Part shown: in pieces, positions 1 to 11,300 of the stretch
Layout: every line of letters begins with the position of its first letter
Position numbering within the stretch: position 1 is the stretch's first letter
Source of the DNA: Endomicrobiales bacterium
GTDB taxonomy: Bacteria > Elusimicrobiota > Endomicrobiia > Endomicrobiales > CAWCFT01
DNA: 64,000 nt
Direction of reading: 5' to 3'
Assembly (NCBI GenBank): GCA_963794945.1
Contig: CAWCFT010000003.1
Location: 1 to 64,000, forward strand
Made by a program: the position numbers and the translations under genes
The notes under the pieces: generated by a model
Told to the model about the DNA's origin: nothing
Seen by the model: the letters and a program-made list of their open reading frames with translations, nothing else
Databases searched by the model: none

Positions 1-1229
1 CTTTTTCATTTCTCGTCCGCGAGCTCCTTGGACTTGTTAAGGCTTTCGTACTGTTCTTTAGAGGTGTCCATATCGTGAACATATTTTTTTACTTCAGTAC
101 GGACCATCTCCTCGGCGTACGCCGCGTATTCGTTGAGCATGTTTATCTCTTTTTTGGAGGACATAAGGTCGAAGGCGTCTGTCCCGCCGCCAAAAATATT
201 AATTTTGGCAGTTACGCCGGCGGCCCATTCCGGGTCGAGGAAGGTAAGGTCATCTTTATAAAGCTCGTACCTGCCGAAAGCCGCTACGGTGGGAAGAAAG
301 TTACCCTTGATAGCGTTCATTTTGTGCCTCAACATGCCTTTCTTTCGGTTGAGGATAAGAAGGTTTGGGTTAAGCTGAAGGGCCGCGCCGGTATAATATT
401 CCAGGGCCTCTGTTTTGGAAGGCAAGGGAATATCCGTCGTGAACGCGTAACCGGAGGTGGGCCTCTCAAGCGTGTTGTCAAAAAACATTATAGCGAGTTC
501 CCTGTCGCGGAGAGCTTTATAGTACTCCCGCTGGGCTTCGGACAGCGCTACCTTGGCGCGCATGCGCGCGGAATTGGATATGAGGCCCTGCGAGTACATC
601 TTTTCCGCGTCGGAGTTGTGCTCCGAGATACCGTCCATGACATCTTTCCTTATGCCGACCACGTTGTCCATGAGCTTTATCCTGTAATAATTCACGACGG
701 TTTCAGCGATAACCTTGTTCCTGGCCGCCGTCTCCAGGTCTTTGGCTATACCGCTCTCAAGCGATTTTACTTTAGAGTTGGCGTATATCCTGCCTCCGGC
801 AAAAATAGGCTGGACAATGGTCGCCGAAAGGTTGTAAAAGCTGTCTTTCTGTATAGTATAAGTAAATATTGGGAGCGCGGAGTTGAGGTTGGCAGCAAAG
901 CCCTGAAGCATTGCGGGGTTCGAAACGCCGGAGGCGCCAAGCGTGGCGACATCGGCGCTTATCATCGCGTTCTTGATCTCGCCTAAGTCCATTTCGATAG
1001 GGCCGTTCATCTTGGTATATTTGCCCTCCACGTCTATCTGCGGCAGGAATTTGCCCTTGCTGGCTTTTGAAGCGTACTCGGCGCTCTCGGAATTGAACCT
1101 TGAAGCTTTAAGCTCCCTGTTGTTCTCAACGGCGATGTTGACGGCATTCTCGAGCGTAAGAGTATCTGCGCGGGCAAGGCTCGTGAAAATCACTAACGTA
1201 AATGCGATCGGTAAAAGACAGTATTTCAT
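1..1229 (-). CDS. TolC-family outer membrane efflux protein (3' end runs off the window)
   Basis: Signal peptide MKYCLLPIAFTLVIFTSLARA, then LTLENAVNIAVENN, FLPQID, QPIFAGG and a second FLPTV repeat typical of OEP/TolC. The TGA at 6-8 lies in an A-run (GAGAAATGAAAAAG) and is probably an indel of ...ENEK. Confidence 0.85.
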
Positions 1230-1239
1230 ATTAACATCC

Positions 1240-1836
1240 TCACTGCTGCTTTTTTGATATACCATTTAGGAAAATGTCCATCAGCGCGCCAATGTCGCTT
1301 TCTATTTCCTGGTCGGGTTTGTTCTCCCTGATGGTCCACTCATATTCTATGCCCTTTAGCACAGTAACGATAGTTCTCGCCGTAAGCTCGATATCGTTTA
1401 TCACGAAAGCGCCCTGGTCTATGCCTTCCTGCAATATGCTCTTCATAAGCATGATCTCGCGGGCGTCGTAATCCTTTCGCATGTCTTCAAAAAAAGCGTA
1501 ATCGGAAAGATAACTGTCTTTAAGCGCGGGAAACTTATTCTTGAGTTCTTTTAAACATTGAGTCCTTGCAGTGCCAAAAGCCTTGAGTTTTTCATGCAGC
1601 CCGGGGGCATTGTTCACGGCGTCCCGTATCTTCCGGCTGAAGGATTCAACCTCTTTGTCCAGAACGGCTTTGAATATGTCGTCTTTGCTTTTAAAATAGT
1701 AATATAATGAGCTTTTGCCCATTTTCAGAGCCCTAGATATATCATCTATTGTGGTCTTAGAAATACCGTATTTAGAAAAGTAAGTGCTTGATTTTTCAAT
1801 GATAATATTCTTAAAGTCATCTTTAGAAACCTTCAT
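1240..1836 (-). CDS. TetR/AcrR family transcriptional regulator
   Basis: N-terminal HTH FSKYGISKTTIDDISRALKMGKSSLYYYFKSKDDIF; directly upstream of the TolC gene. Confidence 0.95.
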   Translation of the reverse strand: MKVSKDDFKNIIIEKSSTYFSKYGISKTTIDDISRALKMGKSSLYYYFKSKDDIFKAVLDKEVESFSRKIRDAVNNAPGLHEKLKAFGTARTQCLKELKNKFPALKDSYLSDYAFFEDMRKDYDAREIMLMKSILQEGIDQGAFVINDIELTARTIVTVLKGIEYEWTIRENKPDQEIESDIGALMDIFLNGISKKQQ

Positions 1837-1856
1837 GTATTTTCTCCTTAATAGAA

Positions 1857-1913
1857 AATTAGAACAATTCGTTCTTACGTTCTAATTATAGCCGTTTAAA
1901 TTGATTTTGTCAA
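1857..1913 (-). promoter_or_regulatory. Consensus sigma70 promoter with overlapping inverted-repeat operator (probable TetR autoregulation)
   Basis: Minus strand TTGACA (1913-1908), 17 bp, TATAAT (1890-1885). Perfect 9-bp inverted repeat AATTAGAAC (1857-1865) / GTTCTAATT (1879-1887) overlaps the -10 and start site. Confidence 0.85.
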
Positions 1914-1981
1914 GGTTAAATTTACTCTTAAGGGTTTATCAAGAGAAGATTTAGAAGTGCTTGTTGATAAGAAAGTAAAAA

Positions 1982-3289
1982 TCAGTCCACGCGCATGGCG
2001 GACTGTGAAGAATCCATCAGAGGCTTAATGCCGGTGATGCTGAAGAAGAGGTCAAGGTTCGAAGCGCTGCACACATGTTTGACTTCTTTGATCCTGGGAA
2101 TGAAAAAGAACCTAAATAAAAGCCTTAAGACACCGGAAACAAGGAATATCGTTAGCAGGCAGCTCCCGAATATAAGCGGGAGTTTTGAGACTATCATGCC
2201 GCCGATAAGCGCGCCTGAGAAGGTTCCGAGGCCGATTATCAGATTGAAATAAGCCACGCACCGCACGCGTTTTTCTTCCGATACCGCATCAAAGATGAAG
2301 TTAGAAGCCGCGAGGTTGAACCCGCCCCACGCGAACCCGCTGAAAGCCTGAGCAAAACCCAGATATATTTTAGACGTGGAAAACAGCCACAATACGGGGA
2401 TGATCGGCACCAAAAGGCTGGCAAAACGGATAACCTGCACACAGCCCGCCTTGTCAGTGTGCCTGCCCCAGGCCGGAAGGCTAAGCAACATTGCGATGGT
2501 AGGAATGCCTGATAATATTACGTAAGTAATATAATCAAATTTTAGTTCCTTAAGCATGTAAACGGTAAAGAACGGACTCGAAACTCCGATAGCAAAGTTA
2601 ATTGCACCTACAAAAAACACAAATTTCGCAAAGTTGCTGTGTTTAGTCCTAGAAATAAAATCCCAGAAAGAAAAATAGGCGCCGGGGTGTTTAATAAGTT
2701 TTGGTTCATACATTTTCCCCGTAAAATACCATGAAATGAAACGCGCCGTCATAGCAATGGCCATAATAAGAGTGAACCCGTAAATGCTGGATCTTGGGAA
2801 AAGGTAGAGTATTACGCCTCCAGAGCCGGCAGCAGCTATTGTTATCGCGCCGCAAACCTTTTGACGCCAGGAAAAATACTGTCCGCGCTTTGACGCGGGA
2901 AGGTATTGAGTAATAATACTTGACCATGCCGGAAGGGATATGGAATACGAGACAGTATATATAGTTACGGCCGCTATCAGCCAGGGCACGGGGTTGAGTT
3001 TGAAGACGAAAGGAATAACAATTATAGGAATATAAATTAGCGCCTGCAGGAAAACCGCGAACATCATAAAACGTTTGCGGCCTGTTTTTTCGGTCAACTC
3101 CGGCGACCTGAGCTGGAACAAAGAAGAAAACAGCCCCGGAAGAGCCGTCAAGAGGCCTATCTCGAAGTTGGAGGCCTTAAGAAAAATGGCGTAAGGGTTA
3201 AAATAGTTGTCACCAAACCCGAACATCAAGCCAAAAAAAGCCCCGTCGAGGAAAGAGAACTTCAGGCTATTTCTTATTTTATTTTTCAT
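1982..3289 (-). CDS. MFS transporter
   Basis: About 12 hydrophobic segments; motif-A-like loops TEKTGRKR and WGRHTDKAG. Confidence 0.9.
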   Translation of the reverse strand: MKNKIRNSLKFSFLDGAFFGLMFGFGDNYFNPYAIFLKASNFEIGLLTALPGLFSSLFQLRSPELTEKTGRKRFMMFAVFLQALIYIPIIVIPFVFKLNPVPWLIAAVTIYTVSYSISLPAWSSIITQYLPASKRGQYFSWRQKVCGAITIAAAGSGGVILYLFPRSSIYGFTLIMAIAMTARFISWYFTGKMYEPKLIKHPGAYFSFWDFISRTKHSNFAKFVFFVGAINFAIGVSSPFFTVYMLKELKFDYITYVILSGIPTIAMLLSLPAWGRHTDKAGCVQVIRFASLLVPIIPVLWLFSTSKIYLGFAQAFSGFAWGGFNLAASNFIFDAVSEEKRVRCVAYFNLIIGLGTFSGALIGGMIVSKLPLIFGSCLLTIFLVSGVLRLLFRFFFIPRIKEVKHVCSASNLDLFFSITGIKPLMDSSQSAMRVD

Positions 3290-3299
3290 AGTAAAATAC

Positions 3300-3383
3300 G
3301 ATTACACGGATTAGAAATGAGATTACACAGATATGTCAAAGGCTTAATAGGTTTTGCCTGAAAAGGGGATAATCGGTGTAATC
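3300..3383. repeat. Short REP-like palindromic element (GATTACAC(G/A)GAT units)
   Basis: GATTACACGGATTA (3300-3313) and GATTACACAGAT (3321-3332), with inverted TAATCGGTGTAATC (3370-3383); the same unit recurs at 44426-44439. Confidence 0.55.
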
Positions 3384-3430
3384 TGAATTTAATCTGCTTA
3401 ATTAAGGGCTGCCAGTTTTTTGACAGCCCT

Positions 3431-5085
3431 TTACATTTTTTCGGGCGCATTGACGCCAAGCAGCCCGAGGCCGTTCTTTATTATTATCGCGACGGAGCTT
3501 ACAAGCGAAAGCCTCGCATTAGTTAAATCCTTGTCATCGCTTAGTACCCTGCATTTTTCATAGAACCGGTGAAAAAGGTCGGCGCATTCCATAAGGTAGC
3601 CGGTCAAATGGTGCGGTGTAAAGTTCTTTGCGCAAAGCTCTAAAGTGTCAGGGAACATAACAAGCTTTTTTATGAGTTCACGTTCTTCAGGCGTACTTAA
3701 AAGAGAGAGGTCCGGTTCCGCTCGTACCGCATCCGGATTTTTGGAATTGAACTCTTTGAATATGGAACAGCACCGCGCATGAACGTACTGGACGTAAAAG
3801 ACCGGGTTTTCAGATGACTGTTTCTTGGCGAGTTCCAGGTCAAATTCAAGTTGGGATTCAGGAGACCTGAGCATAAAAAAGAACCTGCAGGCGTCTACCC
3901 CGACCTCTTTTATAACTTCTTCAAGCGTAACGAACTCGCCCGCACGCGTGGACATGGCAACAGGCGTACCGTTGCGCACAAGCGAGACAAGCTGATAAAG
4001 TATAATCACAAGGCTCTCGGGGTCTTTGCCAAGAGCCTGCATGGCGGCTTTCATGCGGGCGACATAGCCGTGGTGGTCAGCGCCCCAAAGATTTACAAGT
4101 TTAGTAAAACCCCGTTCAAGTTTATTTTTGTGATAAGCTATGTCGGAAGCAAGATAAGTGTAGCGGCCATCGGACCTGCGCAAAACCCTGTCCTTGTCGT
4201 CGCCGAATTTTGTAGAGAAGAACCACAAAGCCCCATCCTTCTCTCCGGCAAGGCCTTGCTGAACCAGATACTCGCAGGCAAGGTTGACCTTTGTCTTGCC
4301 TGAAGCGTCTTTGTCGAGGGCGATAACGGATTCCGAGAACCAGTTGTCGAAAGCTACGCTGAAACCCTTGAGGTCAGAGTCGATCGTTGCCATCATCGAG
4401 TCAAGGGCTTCCTTTTTGAAATTTATGAATTCCGCGGGCAGCTTTCTTTCAATAAGTTTAACCGCGATATCTTTTATGTACTCGCCCTTGTAACCGTCCG
4501 TGGGAAACTCAACTTCTTCACCGGAAAGTTCACGGAAACGTGATTCCAGCGAGCGCCCGAGCATCTCCATCTGGTTGCCGACGTCGTTTAAATAATATTC
4601 CCTGGTGATATCGTAGTCGAGGTGCTTAAATATCCTGCAGAGCGAGTCGCCTATCGCCGCGCCGCGCCGTGGCCTATGTGAAGAGGCCCCGTAGGGTTGG
4701 CAGATACGAACTCGAACAAGAGCCTGTCGGCTCTTTTTTCAGAAGACCGCCCGAAGTTAGCCCTTTCACTAAGTATCTTTTCAAGCTCACCGGTGAGGAG
4801 TTCGCTGGAAAAGGTTATGTTCAGAAAGCCGGCGCCTGCGATATCGACTTTGCCAGCGTAGCCTTTAAGCGAGTTGAGTATAAGCGGGGAAAGCTCTTCC
4901 GCGATCTTTCTGGGGTTGCTTTTGAGCAGTTTCGCGCAGAGCATCGCGATATTAGTTGAAAGGTCGCCACCGATATTTTTCGGCGGCTCTTCAAGCGAGT
5001 ACTGAGGCAGAGTTTCAAGCCCTTTTCCCTTTGCCCAATCCGAGAGTGCTTTATTAAGCTGGTTTTTAACAGTTTGCTTTATCAT
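3431..5085 (-). CDS. argS: Arginine--tRNA ligase (one apparent frameshift near 4660)
   Basis: EFVSANPTGPLHIGH motif in ORF 4651-5085. It continues in another frame as GRGAAIGDS...EYYLNDVGNQM into ORF 3431-4570, which has GADHHGY, MSTRAG and YVQYVHAR. Confidence 0.97.
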
Positions 5086-5097
5086 AGGAATATTTTT

Positions 5098-5126
5098 ATT
5101 CTATCAAAAACGATATCATTTTCCAA
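5098..5126 (-). promoter_or_regulatory. Putative sigma70 promoter of argS
   Basis: Minus strand TTGGAA, 17 bp, TAGAAT, with TG extended -10. Confidence 0.55.
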
Positions 5127-5307
5127 ATTCCTTGCAAAAGATCATATCGAAAATGTAACGGGTGCGCCATATTTGAAATACGGTTCCTAAATATATACAA
5201 TCAAGGTGTTTCTCCTGTAATACCGGCATTAAAACGGTATTTGCAGAGAAGGGTATAAATATCACTTTGCTGGTTTCGGTATCCCTATCTTAAATGACTA
5301 AACTCAA

Positions 5308-8300
5308 ATGAGCAACAACGAATATATTGGCAGATTAAACTACGCAAAAGAAATACTTTCCAAGCATAACGCCGTAGAAGCGCTTACCGCTTTCGAGAGC
5401 ATTATAGAAAGCCTGCGCAACGAACCCCCCACAATGGAAAACGAACAGATCATCCTCAATGCCGTGAGCGGGTCAATAGACTCGATGATCGCCACCGGCG
5501 ACCACGCTTCCGCTTTAAATCTGGTTCAAAAGGCTACGGCCGAATATGGGCGTCTTCCATCGCTTCTCCTCCAATCGGGAAGAATATATATGCTGGAGAA
5601 AAATTATACTTATGCATTAAAAGAATTTAAAAACGGTATTTCATCTATCCCTGCCGGTGGAGAAGACGCTGGCTTGCGATTGAACCTGCACCTGCATTTA
5701 ATTGAGGCCCTGATATTGATGCAGGAATATGAAGAGGCTGAAAGATATTGTCACGAAGCTTTATCGGAAGATCCTGCGAATCCGGAATTATTGGTAAAGC
5801 GGATAAAAATATTATACGTGAAAGATAAAAAGCCAAACGCTTTAATAGAGTTAAAGAAGCTAAAGGCGATGTTTGGAGGCATTGAAAACCCTTGTTTCTA
5901 CAGAGAGATGTTATTGTTATCAGCGGAAGTAAATCAACTGTTGAAAGATTGGACAGAAGTGTGGGGCATAGCCGGCAAAGATACTCAATATGAGACAGAT
6001 GTCCGGGAAAGGATAAGAAATTCCGGAAGGCAGTTAATGGACTCTTGCGCGTCACTCAAGAAATGGGGAAAGGCATGGAAAATATGCAGGGAACTACTGA
6101 GCAATGACGATAACTGTTACGTTTGGCACATTTGGGCCGGGCGCGCCAATGTTGCCATGAAGCAATATGTTGAAGCACAAAAATATTTTGAGCAAGGGCT
6201 TGTATTAATCAGGAACTGCGCGGATGATGAATCGCGCTGGCTCAGGGAAAAGGCCTACGAAGGGATTGTTGAGATATCTTTGCAGACTGGAAATATTAAG
6301 CTTCTTGAAGAAGCAGCGCCGCGAATATTGTCAGAAAGACAGCCGAGTTTGTTGTATATTGTAATTAACATTATTGAAAAATTTAGAAGTGAAAGGCGCT
6401 TTGAGCAAGCTGAGAAACTGTGCCTTGAACTGTTGGATACGATTAACACAGGCGTATTCCCGATTAAGAATAGTGAGTATGAAAATAAATTATTGGATAC
6501 ATACTTATTGCTTATCCGTATTGCGTATGACCAGCAGGATTATCAAAAAACACTTACATATGCCGCAAAATTGATTTCGTTATATCCAAAACAAAGCGAT
6601 GCTAATATAATTTGCGCAGAAATATATATTAAGCAGGGAGACCAAGAAAAGGCATTGAGCCATCTTCGTTCGGTTAATAGTGTGTCAAAATCCGGCCCAT
6701 TTATTCTGTGGAAAGAATTATACCATTGTTATGAAGGGCTTAGCGAACTGCTGATAACACAAAAGGATTATACAAGAGCAATAGAGTGTTTCAGGAGCAT
6801 GCTGATCTTTGCGTTTTGCCCAGTTGGTAATGCTGAGGAATTGGATATAGACGCGCTCTATGAAAAGCTAAACGCTGAATTAGAGAAAACCACCGGTATG
6901 CCTATTGATGAAGCTGAAGTTAGCTCCGAAGGTGTAAAAAGTTTCGATACTGCGCGCGCGCATGAGGAACTTTATCTTAACCAGAGTTTAAATGAAGTAC
7001 ATCGCCAGAATCCCCGCAGTTTTTTAAATACGATATATAACATGGTTGAGCTGCTTAGAGGTGACAAAGTGCTCAAAACAAAACCTGTAAGCATGGTAGT
7101 ATCATTAACCGGAAAATGCAACCTAAATTGCGTTATGTGCGGCGAGAGTGGGCTTAAGAGCTGGGACATTCCTGTCTCTATAGTAGAGGAGATTAAGTCG
7201 CTTTATCCATATTTGAAGTCAATCCAGTGGCGGGGAGGCGAAGCGTTCTTGTCGCCGTATTTTGTTGGGCTTGTGGAAACAGCCCTGCAATACCCACATC
7301 TTGAACAATCTCTCAATACAAACGGATTACTGATCGATGAAGCCTGGGCAGAGAGGCTAGCGAGAGGAAATTTTAACGTTATTTTTTCTATTGACGGCAT
7401 ATGCCTTAAGACATATGAAGCTGTAATGCGTGGCGGCAAATTTGAAAAACTTTTAAATAGCCTGCGCTTGATAAAAAATGCTAGAGAAAAGACTAATTCT
7501 AAAATGAAAATATCAATGACGTTCATAATAATGAAGGCCAACTATCAAGATCTTCCTTATCTTGTTGATTTTGCCAAAGAATACGGTATTGATGAGTTAA
7601 GAGTCACTAAACTTGCGCCATATGGACAGCATAGCTTTTATGATGAGAGCATCCTGTCGGATATATTGGTATGTAACGAGGTCAAGCAATATCTGCGTAA
7701 GATCGCTGTTGATGCGCCCAACAACAGGATTACTTTTTGCAACTGGTTTGGCGGCATAGAAATAGACGAGGCCCCAAATAAAATTTCAGTAGATGAGGTA
7801 TTGAAGGACGTTCCTGCCAAGAATTTATCTAATAACTATGCAGATGGAAAAATCTGCATGGCGCCATGGCAAAACCTTTTTATTAATACAGGAGGAGATA
7901 TCTTTCCGCATTGTTTCTGTGCGACAAAATTGGGAAATATCTCGAGCGGATCATTATCAAGCTTTTGGAACGGGGCAGTTATGCGTTCATTAAGAGTTCC
8001 CGATCCAAAATGTAGGCCGACTAAGTTGTCCCGATGTGAAGAGGTTTTTTTAAATAAAAGCATAACGTCAGTGTTAAATATGCCCTCTATTTATGCAAAA
8101 AAAGTGGAATATGACAAAGAAAAGCTAAGCGACAGCAGGCTTATTATGCTGGAGAAATACGCATCGTCCGGAACATGGGATAAAGCTTGGGAAGAGTGTA
8201 GAGAATTATTGTTCAAAGACGAAAGCAACGTGAATTTGCATATATGGGCCGGGCGGATAAAAACAGGGATGAAACAGTATAAGGAAGCGGTGGAGAATTA

Positions 8301-11300
8301 CAGGAAAGTATTGGAGCTGATAGGAGAGAACAAGGATGACGAGTCGGTAATACTGAAGAAAGCGGCATATAGCGAGATGATAGAGGAATATTTTAAGGTA
8401 GGAGAGATCGAGAAGGCGGACAAGGTATTGAGTGAGCAGTTGCTATGGCTGGAGAGCTTATCCGAGGGCAAAGTGGATGAAGATATAATTTTACAGTTGT
8501 GGCGAGGGCGAATAAAGTCAAAGCTGAAGCAGCACGTGGAAGCGGCGGGAAGTTATGCAAAGGTATTTGAGCTAACAGGAGAGAAGCAGGAAGAAGGGAT
8601 GGAATGGGTAAAAGAAACTGCGTATAGAGGGATGGTAGAGGCATACATAGAGAGAGGGGAAACAGATAAAGCGGAGGGGCTAGCGATAGAGTTGTTAGGG
8701 AAGGGAGAGGAAAAGGCAGAAGACCTGATAAAAAGTATAAATGACGGATATAAGAAGGGTAAAGAATTAAGAAAGATATATAAATTTGGGATGAGGATAT
8801 ATAAGAAACTTCCAGAAGGAGCGGAACAGCTAAGGCAGGAAGTGAGAGATACGGGATTAAAGTTGATAGCGGAGCATGTAGAGAAAGAGGAATGGGGTAA
8901 GGCGTATGAGATATGTGAAGGATTAATAAATGAAGACCCAAAGAACGTGAATTGGTATATATGGGCAGGGCGGGTAAAAGCAGGGATGAAGAAGTATAAG
9001 GAAGCAGCGGAGAATTACGAGAAGGTGTTAGAGCTGGTAGGCGGAGCGAAGGATGACGAGTCAGTCATGCTGAAGAAGGCGGCGTATAACGGGATGATAG
9101 AGGCATATTTAGGGACAGGAGAGATCGAGAAAGCGGATAATGTGTTGAGTGAGCAGTTGCTATGGCTGGAGAGCGTACCCGAGTGCAAAGAAGCTGGAGA
9201 AGAAGTTTTGGAGTTATGGAGGAGAGGGCGAATACAAGCAGGTATGAAGCAACATAAGGAAGCCGGTGAAAGTTACGAGAAGGTGTTAGAGCTGGTAGGC
9301 GGAGCGAAGGATGACGAGTCAGTCATGCTGAAGAAGGCGGCGTATAACGGGATGATAGAGGCATATTTAGGGACAGGAGAGATCGAGAAAGCGGATAATG
9401 TGTTGAGTGAGCAGTTGCTATGGCTGGAGAGCGTACCCAAGTGCAAAGAAGCTGGAGAAGCAGTTTTGGAGTTATGGAGGCGAGGGCGAATACAAGCAGG
9501 TATGAAGCAACATAAGGAAGCGGGTGAAAGCTACGAGAAGGTGTTAGAGCTGATAGGCGGAGCGAAGGACGACGAGTCAGTCATGCTGAAGAAGGCGGCG
9601 TATAACGGGATGATAGAGGCATATTTAGGGACAGGAGAGATCGAGAAGGCTGATAAGGTGTTGAGTGAGCAGTTGCTATGGCTGGAGAGCGTACCCGAGT
9701 GCAAAGAAGCTGGAGAAGAAGTTTTGGAGTTATGGAGGAGAGGGCGGATCAAAGCAGGTATGAAAAAGTATAAGGAAGCGGCGGAGAATTACGGGAAGGT
9801 ATTGGAGCTGATAGGAGAGAAGCAGGAAGAAGGGATGGAATGGGTAAAAGAGACAGCGTATAGAGGGATAACGGAGGCATATATAGATGGAGGGGAAACA
9901 GATAAAGCGGAAGAGCTAGCGATAGAGTTGTTAGGGAAGGGAGAGAAGAAGGCGGAAGACCTGATAAAGAGTATAAATGACAAATATAAGAAGGGTAACG
10001 AAACAAGGAAGGAACATGAATTTGGGATGAGGATATATGCGAAACTTCCAGAAGGAGCAGAACAACTGAGGCAGGAAGTGAGAGATACGGGATTAAAGTT
10101 GATAACGGAGCATGTAGAGAAAGAGGAATGGGAGAAAGCGCAGGAGATAAGTGAAGGATTAATAAATGAAGACCCAAAGAACGTGAATTGGTATATATGG
10201 GCAGGGCGGGTAAAAGCAGGGATGAAGAAGTATAAGGAAGCGGCGGAGAATTACGAGAAGGTATTTGAGCTAACAGGAGAGAAGCAGGAAGAAGGGATGG
10301 AATGGGTAAAAGAAACTGCGTATAGAGGGATGGTAGAGGCATACATAGAGAGAGGGGAAACAGATAAAGCGGAGGGGCTAGCGATAGAGTTGTTAGGGAA
10401 GGGAGAGGAAAAGGCAGAAGACCTGATAAAGAGTATAAATGACGGATATAAGAAGGGTAAAGAATTAAGGAAAGATATATAAATTTGGGATGAGGATATA
10501 TACGAAACTTCCAGAAGGAGCGGAACAACTGAGGCAGGAAGTGAGAGATACGGGATTAAAGTTGATAACGGAGCATGTAGAGAAAGAGGAATGGGAGAAA
10601 GCGCAGGAGATAAGTGAAGGATTAATAAATGAAGACCCAAAGAACGCGAATTGGTATATATGGGCAGGGCGTATAAAAGCAGGTATGAAGAAGTATAAGG
10701 AAGCGGCGGAGAATTACGAGAAGGTATTTGAGCTAACAGGAGAGAAGCAGGAAGAAGGGATGGAATGGGTAAAAGAAACTGCGTATAGAGGGATGGTAGA
10801 GGCATACATAGAGAGAGGGGAAACAGATAAAGCGGAGGGGCTAGCGATAGAGTTGTTAGGGAAGGGAGAGGAAAAGGCAGAAGACCTGATAAAAAGTATA
10901 AATGACGGATATAAGAAGGGTAAAGAATTAAGAAAGATATATAAATTTGGGATGAGGATATATAAGAAACTTCCAGAAGGAGCGGAACAGCTAAGGCAGG
11001 AAGTGAGAGATACGGGATTAAAGTTGATAGCGGAGCATGTAGAGAAAGAGGAATGGGGTAAGGCGTATGAGATATGTGAAGGATTAATAAATGAAGACCC
11101 AAAGAACGTGAATTGGTATATATGGGCAGGGCGGGTAAAAGCAGGGATGAAGAAGTATAAGGAAGCAGCGGAGAATTACGAGAAGGTGTTAGAGCTGGTA
11201 GGCGGAGCGAAGGATGACGAGTCAGTCATGCTGAAGAAGGCGGCGTATAACGGGATGATAGAGGCATATTTAGGGACAGGAGAGATCGAGAAGGCTGATA

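Noticed and set aside
75..986. 303-aa plus-strand ORF
   Set aside because: Antisense to the well-supported TolC gene, with no recognisable features
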